IMG/VR virus record: IMGVR_UViG_3300008050_000034
DNA length: 64,000 nt
Origin: an uncultured virus (IMG/VR IMGVR_UViG_3300008050_000034)
Lineage: Duplodnaviria > Heunggongvirae > Uroviricota > Caudoviricetes
Strand: one strand, 5' to 3'
The notes below the pieces were generated by a model that saw nothing but the letters and a program-made list of their open reading frames with translations, was not told the DNA's origin and ran no database searches. A program made the translations under genes and the position numbers. Of the stretch, positions 44,534 through 54,898 are shown in pieces (position 1 is the first letter of the stretch; each line of letters starts with the position of its first letter).

Positions 44534-45451
44534 GTGACTGTTTGTATGTTTCATCTGTATGACAATTCGGACCCGACCGCAGGGACTCCCATAGATAGCG
44601 CGCAGGTCCGCATCTACTCTGAAGACGGCACAACTTTCGTCACCATGGGGACTACGGACGCTACGGGGGAGGTCTCGTTTGATATTCCGGACAGTACTTA
44701 TTGGGTTAGGTTTTTTAAGACTGGGTTCTCTTTTGATACCAGGCAAAGCGCGACGATTGACGCGGCTTTGCCGAATAATGACTTCGACATCCCAGGCGAT
44801 AATCTGGAGACCCTTCCTCCTTCCGCAGCAGAGAACATCTGTAGGGTTAGTGGTTACCTGGTAGGGGCAGGAGGAGAGCCTTTCTCTGGAGCTACCGTCC
44901 AGTTTTTAGTCAATAGTGACTTTTCTAGGATTGTGGGCTCTCGAGCAATGGTTGCCTCCAAGACTACGGCAAGAACTGACGAATGGGGCCGTATTGAGGT
45001 GGAGCTCATTCAGGGAGGAGTGTACGACGCCGTCATAGAGGGGTGGGACGACCAGCCTCTAATAGTCAAGGTGCCTCCCGTACAGGCAGTCAGCTTTACC
45101 GAGCTGATTTGGCCGTACCCCGCTCGAGTAGATTTAGGAGTCAGCGCTCTATTTATGAGTCCAGAGGACACAGCGGATGTGGCGGTCTCCGTAACTACGT
45201 CCAGCCTTCTAGAGACTCCCTATGAGATATTCACAACTTCCGTAGCAACTGTAGGGGCAGTCTCCTGGGTATCTGCTTCTTCCTCTGATGACTCCGTAGC
45301 TACAGTTTCTCTTGGCGTAGAAACGCTGTGTATCACTGCCGTAGATCCGGGAGTGGCTACTATCACCTTCGCTATGAAAGATACTGTGGTGGAGAGGAGA
45401 ATGCCGGCTCTGTCCCCTACCTACAGTACCTTGACAGTTACGGTGGCGTAG
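44534..45451 (+). CDS. Virion protein with carboxypeptidase-regulatory-like and Big_2-like domains
   Basis: PIDSAQV...TTDATGEV.F...YWVRFFKTGF; SSSDDSVATV...ITAVDPGVATIT. Confidence 0.65.
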   Translation: MTVCMFHLYDNSDPTAGTPIDSAQVRIYSEDGTTFVTMGTTDATGEVSFDIPDSTYWVRFFKTGFSFDTRQSATIDAALPNNDFDIPGDNLETLPPSAAENICRVSGYLVGAGGEPFSGATVQFLVNSDFSRIVGSRAMVASKTTARTDEWGRIEVELIQGGVYDAVIEGWDDQPLIVKVPPVQAVSFTELIWPYPARVDLGVSALFMSPEDTADVAVSVTTSSLLETPYEIFTTSVATVGAVSWVSASSSDDSVATVSLGVETLCITAVDPGVATITFAMKDTVVERRMPALSPTYSTLTVTVA

Positions 45452-45452
45452 G

Positions 45453-46904
45453 ATGGGGACCAAGCTCACAGCAGCCGATATAGAGGCGGCCGCATCTAAG
45501 GCCGCCGAGTCTGCAGTCTCTCTCAGAGGAGGGAGGGGAGGGAACGATTCCCGTCAGGTAGACTGGACTGACGCCAGAGCTAAGGCATGTCAGAAGATCC
45601 TGGCAGATCCCGATATCATCGTTTACTACTCGTATTTGGCATCTAATGGCCTCAGGGCCCAGGTAAAGATCCTACATGGGTTTCTGTGCGAGGCCATAGT
45701 TCTCGCAGAGTCCTGCACTTATCGAATTCCGGCTAGTCGGCAAAGCTCTACAGCTGGGGCAGACAGAGCAGATGCACAGAATAAGCTACTTACTGAGTTG
45801 AGATCTGTAGGTGGCGGGTCTGGAAGCGTAGAGCGGTTGAAGGCTCGGGCGAGTGACTTCATAAGTCCCATAGCAGACGCCCTAATAAGCAAGTCTGGGG
45901 TCGAGAGGGGCTCCAGCTCTCCAAAGTATTTCCGCGCAGTCCTGGGAGAGTGCCTCCTTCTGGCAAAGGAGTTCCAAGACAGGATGCTAGACCTGCCGGG
46001 CCCAGTTGGACGACTCAATGCAGTACTTACTAAAGGGGCAATCAATCCCCTATTAGGGAAATCGTACCGGGCCATATCAGAGATTAGCTCGGAAGAGGGA
46101 ATCTCTCAGGTTATGGACTTGGTCACCTCTGTAGCTGCGATGGATGCGTACTCGAGGCCGGCGAGTAGCGCATACAAGGTCCACACAGGTAAAGACCATC
46201 CCTATCCAGTTCTCATAGAGATTGACCTGACTGAAGGAACTATCCTTCTGTACGGAGAGAGCAAGAACTCTTTAGACCCGTCTCTGCTCTCCATATCCCA
46301 AGGAGATATAGTATCCTCCGCTTCGGGGATGCGGGCAGAGATCCTAAGCATAGAGGACGGCAAGATCTTTCTTCCAGTAGAAGATATGCCAGCAGTCGTT
46401 CCGTCCTCAATCATGATTCGAAGTCCTGCCCAAGAAGCTTATTTAGGGCTGTTTCCTATACTTAATGGAGTATCTCTCAGTGCTCTACCGGAGTTGGGGG
46501 CCTTATATCGGCAGCCTGCGGTTCGGGAAATGACACGACCAGACTCTGCGAAGTTCGCGGAGAAATTAGCAAAGCTGGCAGCGGAGCTTAGTCCTCTAAC
46601 CTCAGAGGCGGAACTATCCCTTCAGAGACTTAGTCTATCTGTTCCTCTCACAGAGGACGGAGGACTGGTTACTGCACTCGAAGGGTACTCTCCTACCTTC
46701 AAGACAACTACAGTATCCGCAGGGGACTCGGTACTTGATATGATGCGAGACCGGGGGTTCAATTTAGTAGAGTCAAAGCTACTCAGAGGGAGGTTGGATA
46801 GCCTCCAGGAGGACAACGCTTTCCGTGGATCTTCGGTAGGTGTGGTAGAGACCGCAGTGTCTACCTTTAACGGTTTAATGTACCCAGAATCAGACACCAT
46901 ATAG
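45453..46904 (+). CDS. Hypothetical (structural module) protein
   Basis: 483-aa ORF. Confidence 0.7.
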   Translation: MGTKLTAADIEAAASKAAESAVSLRGGRGGNDSRQVDWTDARAKACQKILADPDIIVYYSYLASNGLRAQVKILHGFLCEAIVLAESCTYRIPASRQSSTAGADRADAQNKLLTELRSVGGGSGSVERLKARASDFISPIADALISKSGVERGSSSPKYFRAVLGECLLLAKEFQDRMLDLPGPVGRLNAVLTKGAINPLLGKSYRAISEISSEEGISQVMDLVTSVAAMDAYSRPASSAYKVHTGKDHPYPVLIEIDLTEGTILLYGESKNSLDPSLLSISQGDIVSSASGMRAEILSIEDGKIFLPVEDMPAVVPSSIMIRSPAQEAYLGLFPILNGVSLSALPELGALYRQPAVREMTRPDSAKFAEKLAKLAAELSPLTSEAELSLQRLSLSVPLTEDGGLVTALEGYSPTFKTTTVSAGDSVLDMMRDRGFNLVESKLLRGRLDSLQEDNAFRGSSVGVVETAVSTFNGLMYPESDTI

Positions 46905-46919
46905 GGTGTTGGAGGCAAT

Positions 46920-47309
46920 GTGTCAGAGACATTTGATTCCCAATCAGAGGCGATATGGAACAAATTTAAGATGACGATCGGAGAGTGCCTCTCCTATCTG
47001 ACATCCGAAGATGCCCGAAACTCTGTGGAAGCTGTCTCTTTAGAGAGCTCTCTATTGGACGCTATATTTGAAATAGACTCAGCCCCGGATATGGTGGATC
47101 CGGGAGCAGGATACTTGGTGTCCGCCGAGGAGGGAGGGGCCTATTCGGGAGGAGTTCTGCCCACTCTGACGAAGATGGGGAAGTTGCAGCGGATACGTCT
47201 CCTAAAGCTGGCCCTTTTTGGAGGACAATACACCCAAGACACTGGCGATGTTATTGATATAACGGGGATGTTTGACTCACTAGAAGAACTACCTCTTGAG
47301 GGCGAATAA
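46920..47309 (+). CDS. Hypothetical protein
   Basis: Operon continuity. Confidence 0.6.
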   Translation: MSETFDSQSEAIWNKFKMTIGECLSYLTSEDARNSVEAVSLESSLLDAIFEIDSAPDMVDPGAGYLVSAEEGGAYSGGVLPTLTKMGKLQRIRLLKLALFGGQYTQDTGDVIDITGMFDSLEELPLEGE

Positions 47310-47953
47310 TGAACGACTATCACCTACTTTCCTTTCAGCAGGTTGCCAAAGTCAGCAATATCGACTTCTTTGGGGCGAACCTGTCTATGGATATAGAGGG
47401 TGTCGGATTTACCAATTTGACGGCCGTGATGGTCAATGGCCATCGATCTCCAGCCTTTGTGGTGATGAGCCCGACTAGAGTACTGGCCCACCAGCCGGCT
47501 GTGGTTGTAGGAAAGCCAATAACCTCGATCACAGTGCTAAAGAGTGATATTCGAGAAAGCAAAGCGTCCGTCATCTCGTTCGAAGCCAGTACGCCTCCCA
47601 TCGCATATTCTCCTCAGACCTTACTTGTTCAGCGATTTCTTAAGCTCCTGTTGACGAACAAGGGCAGTGACATCTTCTCTCCCTCTCATGGAGGGGACCT
47701 ACTTCGGTTAGTTGGGGGGGTGTCCAGTGGAGTCAATATTGGCAATCTAAGTGCCTACGCTTCCATATACGTACAAGATGCGGCGAACCAGTTGATAGAG
47801 GCCCAGTCTAAGAGAAGCGACAGTCCCGATGCAAAGCTCAAATCAGTTACCGTACTCTCCTCCGAGTACAAATTAGAAGACACTGCGCTGGACATTAGAC
47901 TGTCCATCGAGGCAATGGACGGCTCTCGTGCTATTGCAGGCCTGGTGTTGTAG
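47309..47953 (+). CDS. Putative baseplate wedge / sheath initiator (gp25-like C-terminal domain)
   Basis: LVQRFLKLLLTNKGSDIFSPSHGGDL resembles the gp25/GPW L.T..G.R...P.FG..L motif; precedes the baseplate J-like gene. Confidence 0.55.
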   Translation: MNDYHLLSFQQVAKVSNIDFFGANLSMDIEGVGFTNLTAVMVNGHRSPAFVVMSPTRVLAHQPAVVVGKPITSITVLKSDIRESKASVISFEASTPPIAYSPQTLLVQRFLKLLLTNKGSDIFSPSHGGDLLRLVGGVSSGVNIGNLSAYASIYVQDAANQLIEAQSKRSDSPDAKLKSVTVLSSEYKLEDTALDIRLSIEAMDGSRAIAGLVL

Positions 47954-47962
47954 GATTCTATA

Positions 47963-50900
47963 ATGGCAAATACTAATTCCCAGGCAGAGCAGATCAGAGA
48001 TCTCCTCGTAGAGAAACTAGAGGCGTATGACCCTACTCTGAATATTGCAGAGGGCAGCGCCTTCTATAATCAAGTAGTTGCCCCTGTTTTCTCCGTCTTA
48101 GACGTAGACCCTTTCGATACGGACATTGAGGAGTTCCTTCTTACTCGCCTCAGGCAAGAGTTCCCTACCGTATCTGCCCAGGAAGGCGACGCCATCGTCG
48201 ACCTCCTTGTGCGCCCTCTCCAGCTGCTCCTGGAGTCCTTTAAGAGAGAGTTGCAGATCATTCGGACTGGGCAGTCCGTTGTTAACTCAGATCTGATCCG
48301 CTTAGAAGATGCAGAGGACCTGGCAGCCAACTTTTTTGTTGAGAGAAGAAGTGGGTCCAAAGCGACTGGAACCGTTAGAATCTATTTCTCTAACCCTACC
48401 TTCGTAAGCATCCTAACTACCGCTACTTTCACGTCTTCTGAGGGACAAGTATTCAGCCCCCTTACTCCACAATTCTTCCGGCCAGAGACCCTGGCGGTCC
48501 AGAAATCTGGAGTGTATTACTACATAGATACAGTAGTTACTGCGGCTTCAGAAGGAGCTGAGTACAACATCCCCGCGAATACTCTCACCCAACTGACCGG
48601 AGTCGAGGGGTCTGTACGCTGTACTAACCTTTATTCGTTTGGAGGCGGGAGCGTCTCCGAGACTGGGGCGGAGCTCCTAACTCGCACTAAGCAAGCCCTC
48701 ACAGAACGTGCACTGAATACCCGTCGCGGTATTCGTGCAAGGCTCTTTAATGACTTTCCAGATATCAGGAACATGGAAGTCGTGGGCTTTGGCGATGCAG
48801 AGATGCAGCGCGACATCGTTACTGGCGGTGGAGGCATGGACGTCATCTCCTCCGGAATGTGCTTTATCGTCGGTAGGTACGTTCTCCTGTTTTCAATGTT
48901 CGAGGATTCGTCCTTAGACGAGGATCGGTACATCGAAGAGGGCACTGTACTGGACCTTAACTTTTGGAAGTTCCTATACGAGACCACCACAGAGAAGGCG
49001 CACCAGCACTTTACGGTGCAGGAAGTCATCTATAACTCTAAAGATGACTTAGAAAGTATCCCAACAGTCTACATCCTTAAGATAGATGAGGCTCCAGATG
49101 TTGATCCTCCCGTAGTCGGCTCCTTGCCTGGAGTCCTGCCCGGAGTCTTTGCAGTAGCTTACGACACCGCAAAGATTCGTATCTCTGACATTCCAGGAGG
49201 CATCACAAACCCGGACGATGAGGGCGCTATCGTCGTAACTGATGGGGACGTGCACATTGGCGGCCACTATGATGTGTACCTGCGTCCTGCAGAGTCTAGA
49301 TCAGCCACAAATAGCTTAACTGTCACACGCAGTGAGGTGCAGCTATCCGAAGGCTCTGACCTGGTCACGTCGGGGGAGATTCCGGATGACCTCGTCACGC
49401 TAGGGGCACTGAAGAACAAAGTCACTGCAAAGTACCGACTTCTTATTGCTCCCCTAACTGGAACCCTTGGCGAAGGGGAGATCCTTACTCGAGTAGATCC
49501 CACGACTCTCTTAGAAGATCCAGACACTTCGGCATATGCCTTGGACTTGGACACTGCAGAGGGCTACGTAGATTTGGCATGCCTATCTAGCGATAATGTC
49601 TTCTCAGTTAATGACATCATCGTAGGTAAGACTACCGGCGCGACCGCAGTGATTTTAGATGTGGAGTCCGTCCTTTGGGATGACCTGGGAGTGGCCCGGG
49701 GAATGAGCCTCCAAGTGATTAGTGGTGCCGATGCAGGTGTCTATAAGATTCTGGATGTTCGAGGAGTAGAGCTAGTACTGGATCTGGAGATGACTGTCCG
49801 AGGTCAGGGGTACCAGTACCGGGTCGTAGATGAGTCGGTAGTTCATGCGTTCACGCCCAAGGCCAAGATCTACCCCTTTGGAGAAGAGACAGCCAACGAC
49901 CTGGACACTGTGATCGGTAGCGAGACCGTAAAGGTGACTGTGGACCTAACCCAGTATGGGGTTGTATCGGGCCACACTCTGGAGATCTTGGGAGGAGACA
50001 ACAAAGGTGAGTACACCATATTGGACTTTGATGAGTTCCTAGGAGGAAAGGCCCCTATTCTGGATAGAGCACTGCGGGCTACCGATTCTAATCTCGAGTA
50101 CATCATTCATCAGGTAACTTCTGGGCTGACTTCTCCCCTAGTTAGGATCGCTCCCGGAGGAGTTGAAGTTCTGGATGCCTCTGGGCAGCCAGCAGGCTTT
50201 ACCGTACCTCCCGCCCTGCCTGCCGGAGCTCGAGCCTACCAATCATTCTCCGGAGCTAAGGCTTCCTATCTAGGGAAGAATGGCTTTATTCTTCCAGATC
50301 CGGGACCTACCTGGAAGCCTAGTGGGGACGTCTATGTCAACGCTGACGACTTCGATCCCGCAACAGATTTAATCTTCCAGTACAGTGGGGGCCCTCAGGC
50401 TTGCTACTCTGGAGGACATGACCACGACCCTGCCTATGCTCAGTACGAGCCCTGCGATGTCTGCGAAGACGGGTACGTAGCGGTTGTAACTATTGCAGAT
50501 ATGCCCACCTCCGCCGGAGGGCATGATGTTCGAGTTCACCTAAACATCGATATTCCTCCAGAGCAGAAGCTCTTCTTGCAGCAGCTCAGAGACTGGATGG
50601 TCAACGTTGTCGAAAACTTTCAGTTGGGAGATGACTTCCGATCATTCGTAGATCTGTTTGCCCCGATAACTTTCGATCCAGTAGACACTTCGGCTTGGAA
50701 TATCCTGGCCCAGTATGAAATCTGCCTCCCAAAACAGCTGTGGGACGGATGTAACAATGTCTTTGTGGCTATCCCAGAGTTTGACTGGGCGAATGAGTTT
50801 GCGGATGACGTCCTCTTTGAGGATGCGATGGACATGTCCAATAACGGTGAGCTCGCTGGGACTGACCCCGCGCTCACAAAGGCAGAGCCAGGATCTGTAT

Positions 50901-53900
50901 TGACCGTACTGTCCGGCAGCAACGCAGGCTCTTACATCGTAGATCGAGTGTATAAGTACTCTCTTGTCCACGGAGGAACGGTCCAGACAGGAGACGACGG
51001 CACTGCCTATACCGGAGATGATTACGTCGATCGAGAAAAGGGGTATCAGATTGCAGTTGTCTGCATTGAAGACGAATTCCCCGTAGAGGCATTTAGAGAT
51101 CTCTCTGAGTACATGAGCCTCACTACGCCTACCGTGGCACTTCCTCCTGCCCCAGTATTCAACGTAGAGTCCATTATCACTTCTGGTGCGTCCGCCGGGA
51201 CGGTACTCGGTCCTTGGGAAGTAGTGCAGCACGCAGCTACCTGGCTGTTCCAGTATCTGACTTCTATTGGATTTGATGTCCCAGACGAATTCATTGTGAA
51301 TCCTGACTCTGTCCTAAAGACAATAACCCAGACTTTTTTCACTGATTATGTCGTAGGGCATCCAACCTGTGAGCAGATGGTTCGGATGCTGTTCACTGAG
51401 CCCACATCGGTCACTGCCTATGGAAGTAGACCGTGTGAGGACTACACGTGGAATGAGACAGATATGGAGTCCGCCTCCGTACTCAGTGCTCCCCTCCTTG
51501 GGACAGTTCTTCCTCTCCCCAATATCGTAGGTACTGACCTGACGGTATACATTAAGACTATCGACGGAAGCACGGTAGAGATTACCGAGGCCGCAGACTC
51601 GGCAGTAGCCGAGGCGGAGACCGCTGGAGATTTGGTTACTGCGCTACAGGAGCTACTAGACAGTACTCACGAGACCTTTACGGTACCGACCCACCAGGAG
51701 CCAAGTGGAGACGGAAGTGACCCCATCGCCTTTATAGCTCTAACTACTGTAGAGCAGGGGCAGGACTGTGAGATACGAGTAAAGGCAGTCAACTCCGAGG
51801 ATGGATTCCGACAGTTAGGGTTCTATGACACAGAGGGCGGCATCCCGGACATGGTCTCCCACGGTATTCCGACCATCGCCGAGTCCGATTGCATATTTCC
51901 GATCAAAGACTCCATGGGAGTACAAAAAGAGTTCTCCTACGATGAGACTGACTCTATGGAAGTGGAGATAGACTTCGACCCTAGTGGAGCCTCTCCCAAT
52001 GCAACTATCCTGCTCTCTGCGATAGACACCACCGGTAGTGCAGAAGACCTGACCCTGGGCGAGCAGGCGACCCTTGTCTCGAGCGGAGGCTACTCGATGG
52101 TGACTGTAGTCTTCTTAGGCTACATCGAGTACCCCGTTACTGAAGCTACGGACCACGGCATTGCATTTTACGTTACGTCCACAAGTGGCCTACCCGCACA
52201 TCAAACCACGTGGGACAGTACCGGAGATACCTGGACCCTGACAGGGAACTCCTCAGGGAACACAGTAGGCCTCAAACCTGGTGGAGGACTGTACTACGCC
52301 ACCGATGCCACTATGCCTGCTTCGGCCTCAGTCCCCTTTACTGGCTCCAGTACGTACGGAGCCTCCTTAGCCTCCGAGATCGAGGCCTCACTAGATCATG
52401 CTTTTGCCTACTACCTCATGAGTCTATGGAACGGAGGAGTATCCGCCATCTTTCCAGATCCAACTGACTACCAAGCGGTTGTCTGTGCAGATCTATGGGG
52501 CTGGACCGCCGCCCTCAGTGACAACGGAATAAGCGCCAGCATTGAGGTGACCCTTGATGCGGGGGAAACGGCACTCACAGCGGATTCCTACGTAACGATG
52601 GGCTTCCCAATAGATTCAGGAGCAGGAGCCACTACATGGACTGCTGTGGGAGAGACCCACACTATCGACTCAGCCAACTACACCCTATTTGACATAGAGG
52701 TGACCGTCGATTCGGACACAATTTTGTCTAACTCCCTGTCCCTCGAGGAATTCTTGGAGATAAACGCGGAGTTCCAGGATTGGACTGAGACGTATGCGGC
52801 TGATTCGTGGGTAATTAAACATACTCAGAAGATGAATTCGATTGAGCACTTTTCTGTGGGATTGGGCCTCTCAGATAAAGTTGAGATTGTCTGGAGCGCA
52901 GTAGCGAACTCTTCAGCCACGGTAGACACTCCCGTGGGGCTGGTACTCAACTCCGAGATGACCACAGATCCTGCCACCACCACGGCCGCCTGGCTGCTGA
53001 GTGTCTCGTCTACAGCAGGGGTAGCCACGAATGCCATAGGGACCGGGACATCTATGCCGGGAGAGGAGCATACGAAGTACCTCCGCCCGAAACCCCCTAC
53101 TCTGTTTAGTACGGACTGTGGGGCATCAGAGCTCTTGTTCGTTGCCACTGCAAGTGAGGACCCTTTTCAGGTGTTCCCTGGAGAGTCTCGATCTGGGAAA
53201 ACAGCGCCCACTGCCCTACCGAGAGACACATCGTTCTCGTCTCATTACAGTGACGCAGGGCCTCCCATACTCGAGGCTACGGCGTTTAGGGCCGTGTTCG
53301 AGGACGGGGCGCTAGTCTCTCCACTCCTTGCCGGGGTCCAGAAGGGTACGGATGTTCTTGAGGTATATGAGCAGAGAACCTTGCTAGAGCTCGCAGACAC
53401 TGGAGCGGAGAGCTCTCCTGCGAAGCAAGATAGGGTCGTTGCGGTTACGACCTCATATAACTCTAACGAGGTAGCGATCCACAGCCTCCAGTACGGTACT
53501 TCAGACTTCACGTTTATGACCGCAGAGTCGACTCTGGAGGCCGACGAAGTAGTTCCCGGAGACATTCTCTTTATCGAAGAGGGCACGGATAAGGGAGGCT
53601 ATACCGTTATTACGGTCTCAGATACGGCCCTCACTTTGGACAGGGCACTAACCGAGACCACCTTGCAGACGTATTCCTCGGGGAATGAGGGAGCCATCGA
53701 CGAAGGGGAGACTCTTACCGATCTCAATAGTCCTTTTACCTCCGATGACGTAGGAAGGTACCTAACGATCTACGCCTCCGCGTATGAGAATGTAGACGGG
53801 AGTTACCAGATACTGGAGGTCAGTAGTGACGGGGCCACCGTTACCTTGGACCTGTCTGGAGAAGTTTTCCCAGTCACGGAGACGAACGTCCGGTGGATAG

Positions 53901-54898
53901 TGGTTAAGGCTCCGGTGGACGACGTGGAGGACTCAGAGATAGACGGATTCTCCGCCCTACTGGGAGTGAGGCCTATTCGGATCTACAGTGGCGCTCCTAC
54001 AGAGTGGCGAGTAGTGGACTACCATCCCTCTGTCAGCCGCCTAGAGTCCTTCGTTACCTGTTCCTACGGACGCTCCACTGAGGGGCCGAGAAGGGGACAC
54101 AAACAGCCATATAAGATAACCCGCCCACATACGGTCCACATCTCGTCTACCGCTATGAAGGAGCAGGGGAGAGAGAACGGCTTCTACTACTTCGACGTGA
54201 GAGCACGGTCCCTGGGGGGAGACTCGGTATACAACTTGCCTAAAGATACGCCTCTGACTCCCGTCTTCGGGACTTTCGACTCAGATGGCTATCGCTTCGA
54301 GGTAGAGGATGCCCTCTATACCTACTCCACCAAAGAAGACAGCCGGCTCCACTTCAGTTCCCGGTTCCTTCCTAATGAGCTGGACGATACGGAAGACAAC
54401 AAGATCAGCTTGGAGGGAGCTACCTTCTCCATTACGCATGACTTCTCTGAGTTGGTAAACCAGGTCCAGTCCCTCCTTCTGAGCGATGAGAACAGGATTC
54501 TATGTGCTGACCCACTAGCTCGGCACTTTATCCCGTCCTACGTGTACTTAGATGTAGCAGCTCAAGGAGGGGACATGACGAGGATGTCCACTACGATTGT
54601 GGACTTCATCAATGCCCTGGAGCCCGAGGCTGTGCTGGATGTCTCCCAAATGGAGAAGTACCTGCACGATGCTGATGTGACTTCGTACTCACACCCTATC
54701 TATATCCACATCCTGACTCACGACTTGGATAGAAGGATGGTCTTAACGAGGTCGGACGACGCCATAGGCCTCGAGTCAGCGGCCTTCTCGGGCACTCACA
54801 GGACTACATTCTATATCCCAGGAGAGCCGAGGACAGACGGGTCAGAGACATCTATTCCCGACGGAGAGAGAATCTATATACGGTCGAGGGATAGTTAA
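47963..54898 (+). CDS. Very large baseplate J-like (wedge) protein
   Basis: RRSGSKATGTVRI, AASEGAEYNIPANT, N...FGGGSVSETGAELL.R baseplate-J motifs; 2311 aa. Confidence 0.75.
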   Translation: MANTNSQAEQIRDLLVEKLEAYDPTLNIAEGSAFYNQVVAPVFSVLDVDPFDTDIEEFLLTRLRQEFPTVSAQEGDAIVDLLVRPLQLLLESFKRELQIIRTGQSVVNSDLIRLEDAEDLAANFFVERRSGSKATGTVRIYFSNPTFVSILTTATFTSSEGQVFSPLTPQFFRPETLAVQKSGVYYYIDTVVTAASEGAEYNIPANTLTQLTGVEGSVRCTNLYSFGGGSVSETGAELLTRTKQALTERALNTRRGIRARLFNDFPDIRNMEVVGFGDAEMQRDIVTGGGGMDVISSGMCFIVGRYVLLFSMFEDSSLDEDRYIEEGTVLDLNFWKFLYETTTEKAHQHFTVQEVIYNSKDDLESIPTVYILKIDEAPDVDPPVVGSLPGVLPGVFAVAYDTAKIRISDIPGGITNPDDEGAIVVTDGDVHIGGHYDVYLRPAESRSATNSLTVTRSEVQLSEGSDLVTSGEIPDDLVTLGALKNKVTAKYRLLIAPLTGTLGEGEILTRVDPTTLLEDPDTSAYALDLDTAEGYVDLACLSSDNVFSVNDIIVGKTTGATAVILDVESVLWDDLGVARGMSLQVISGADAGVYKILDVRGVELVLDLEMTVRGQGYQYRVVDESVVHAFTPKAKIYPFGEETANDLDTVIGSETVKVTVDLTQYGVVSGHTLEILGGDNKGEYTILDFDEFLGGKAPILDRALRATDSNLEYIIHQVTSGLTSPLVRIAPGGVEVLDASGQPAGFTVPPALPAGARAYQSFSGAKASYLGKNGFILPDPGPTWKPSGDVYVNADDFDPATDLIFQYSGGPQACYSGGHDHDPAYAQYEPCDVCEDGYVAVVTIADMPTSAGGHDVRVHLNIDIPPEQKLFLQQLRDWMVNVVENFQLGDDFRSFVDLFAPITFDPVDTSAWNILAQYEICLPKQLWDGCNNVFVAIPEFDWANEFADDVLFEDAMDMSNNGELAGTDPALTKAEPGSVLTVLSGSNAGSYIVDRVYKYSLVHGGTVQTGDDGTAYTGDDYVDREKGYQIAVVCIEDEFPVEAFRDLSEYMSLTTPTVALPPAPVFNVESIITSGASAGTVLGPWEVVQHAATWLFQYLTSIGFDVPDEFIVNPDSVLKTITQTFFTDYVVGHPTCEQMVRMLFTEPTSVTAYGSRPCEDYTWNETDMESASVLSAPLLGTVLPLPNIVGTDLTVYIKTIDGSTVEITEAADSAVAEAETAGDLVTALQELLDSTHETFTVPTHQEPSGDGSDPIAFIALTTVEQGQDCEIRVKAVNSEDGFRQLGFYDTEGGIPDMVSHGIPTIAESDCIFPIKDSMGVQKEFSYDETDSMEVEIDFDPSGASPNATILLSAIDTTGSAEDLTLGEQATLVSSGGYSMVTVVFLGYIEYPVTEATDHGIAFYVTSTSGLPAHQTTWDSTGDTWTLTGNSSGNTVGLKPGGGLYYATDATMPASASVPFTGSSTYGASLASEIEASLDHAFAYYLMSLWNGGVSAIFPDPTDYQAVVCADLWGWTAALSDNGISASIEVTLDAGETALTADSYVTMGFPIDSGAGATTWTAVGETHTIDSANYTLFDIEVTVDSDTILSNSLSLEEFLEINAEFQDWTETYAADSWVIKHTQKMNSIEHFSVGLGLSDKVEIVWSAVANSSATVDTPVGLVLNSEMTTDPATTTAAWLLSVSSTAGVATNAIGTGTSMPGEEHTKYLRPKPPTLFSTDCGASELLFVATASEDPFQVFPGESRSGKTAPTALPRDTSFSSHYSDAGPPILEATAFRAVFEDGALVSPLLAGVQKGTDVLEVYEQRTLLELADTGAESSPAKQDRVVAVTTSYNSNEVAIHSLQYGTSDFTFMTAESTLEADEVVPGDILFIEEGTDKGGYTVITVSDTALTLDRALTETTLQTYSSGNEGAIDEGETLTDLNSPFTSDDVGRYLTIYASAYENVDGSYQILEVSSDGATVTLDLSGEVFPVTETNVRWIVVKAPVDDVEDSEIDGFSALLGVRPIRIYSGAPTEWRVVDYHPSVSRLESFVTCSYGRSTEGPRRGHKQPYKITRPHTVHISSTAMKEQGRENGFYYFDVRARSLGGDSVYNLPKDTPLTPVFGTFDSDGYRFEVEDALYTYSTKEDSRLHFSSRFLPNELDDTEDNKISLEGATFSITHDFSELVNQVQSLLLSDENRILCADPLARHFIPSYVYLDVAAQGGDMTRMSTTIVDFINALEPEAVLDVSQMEKYLHDADVTSYSHPIYIHILTHDLDRRMVLTRSDDAIGLESAAFSGTHRTTFYIPGEPRTDGSETSIPDGERIYIRSRDS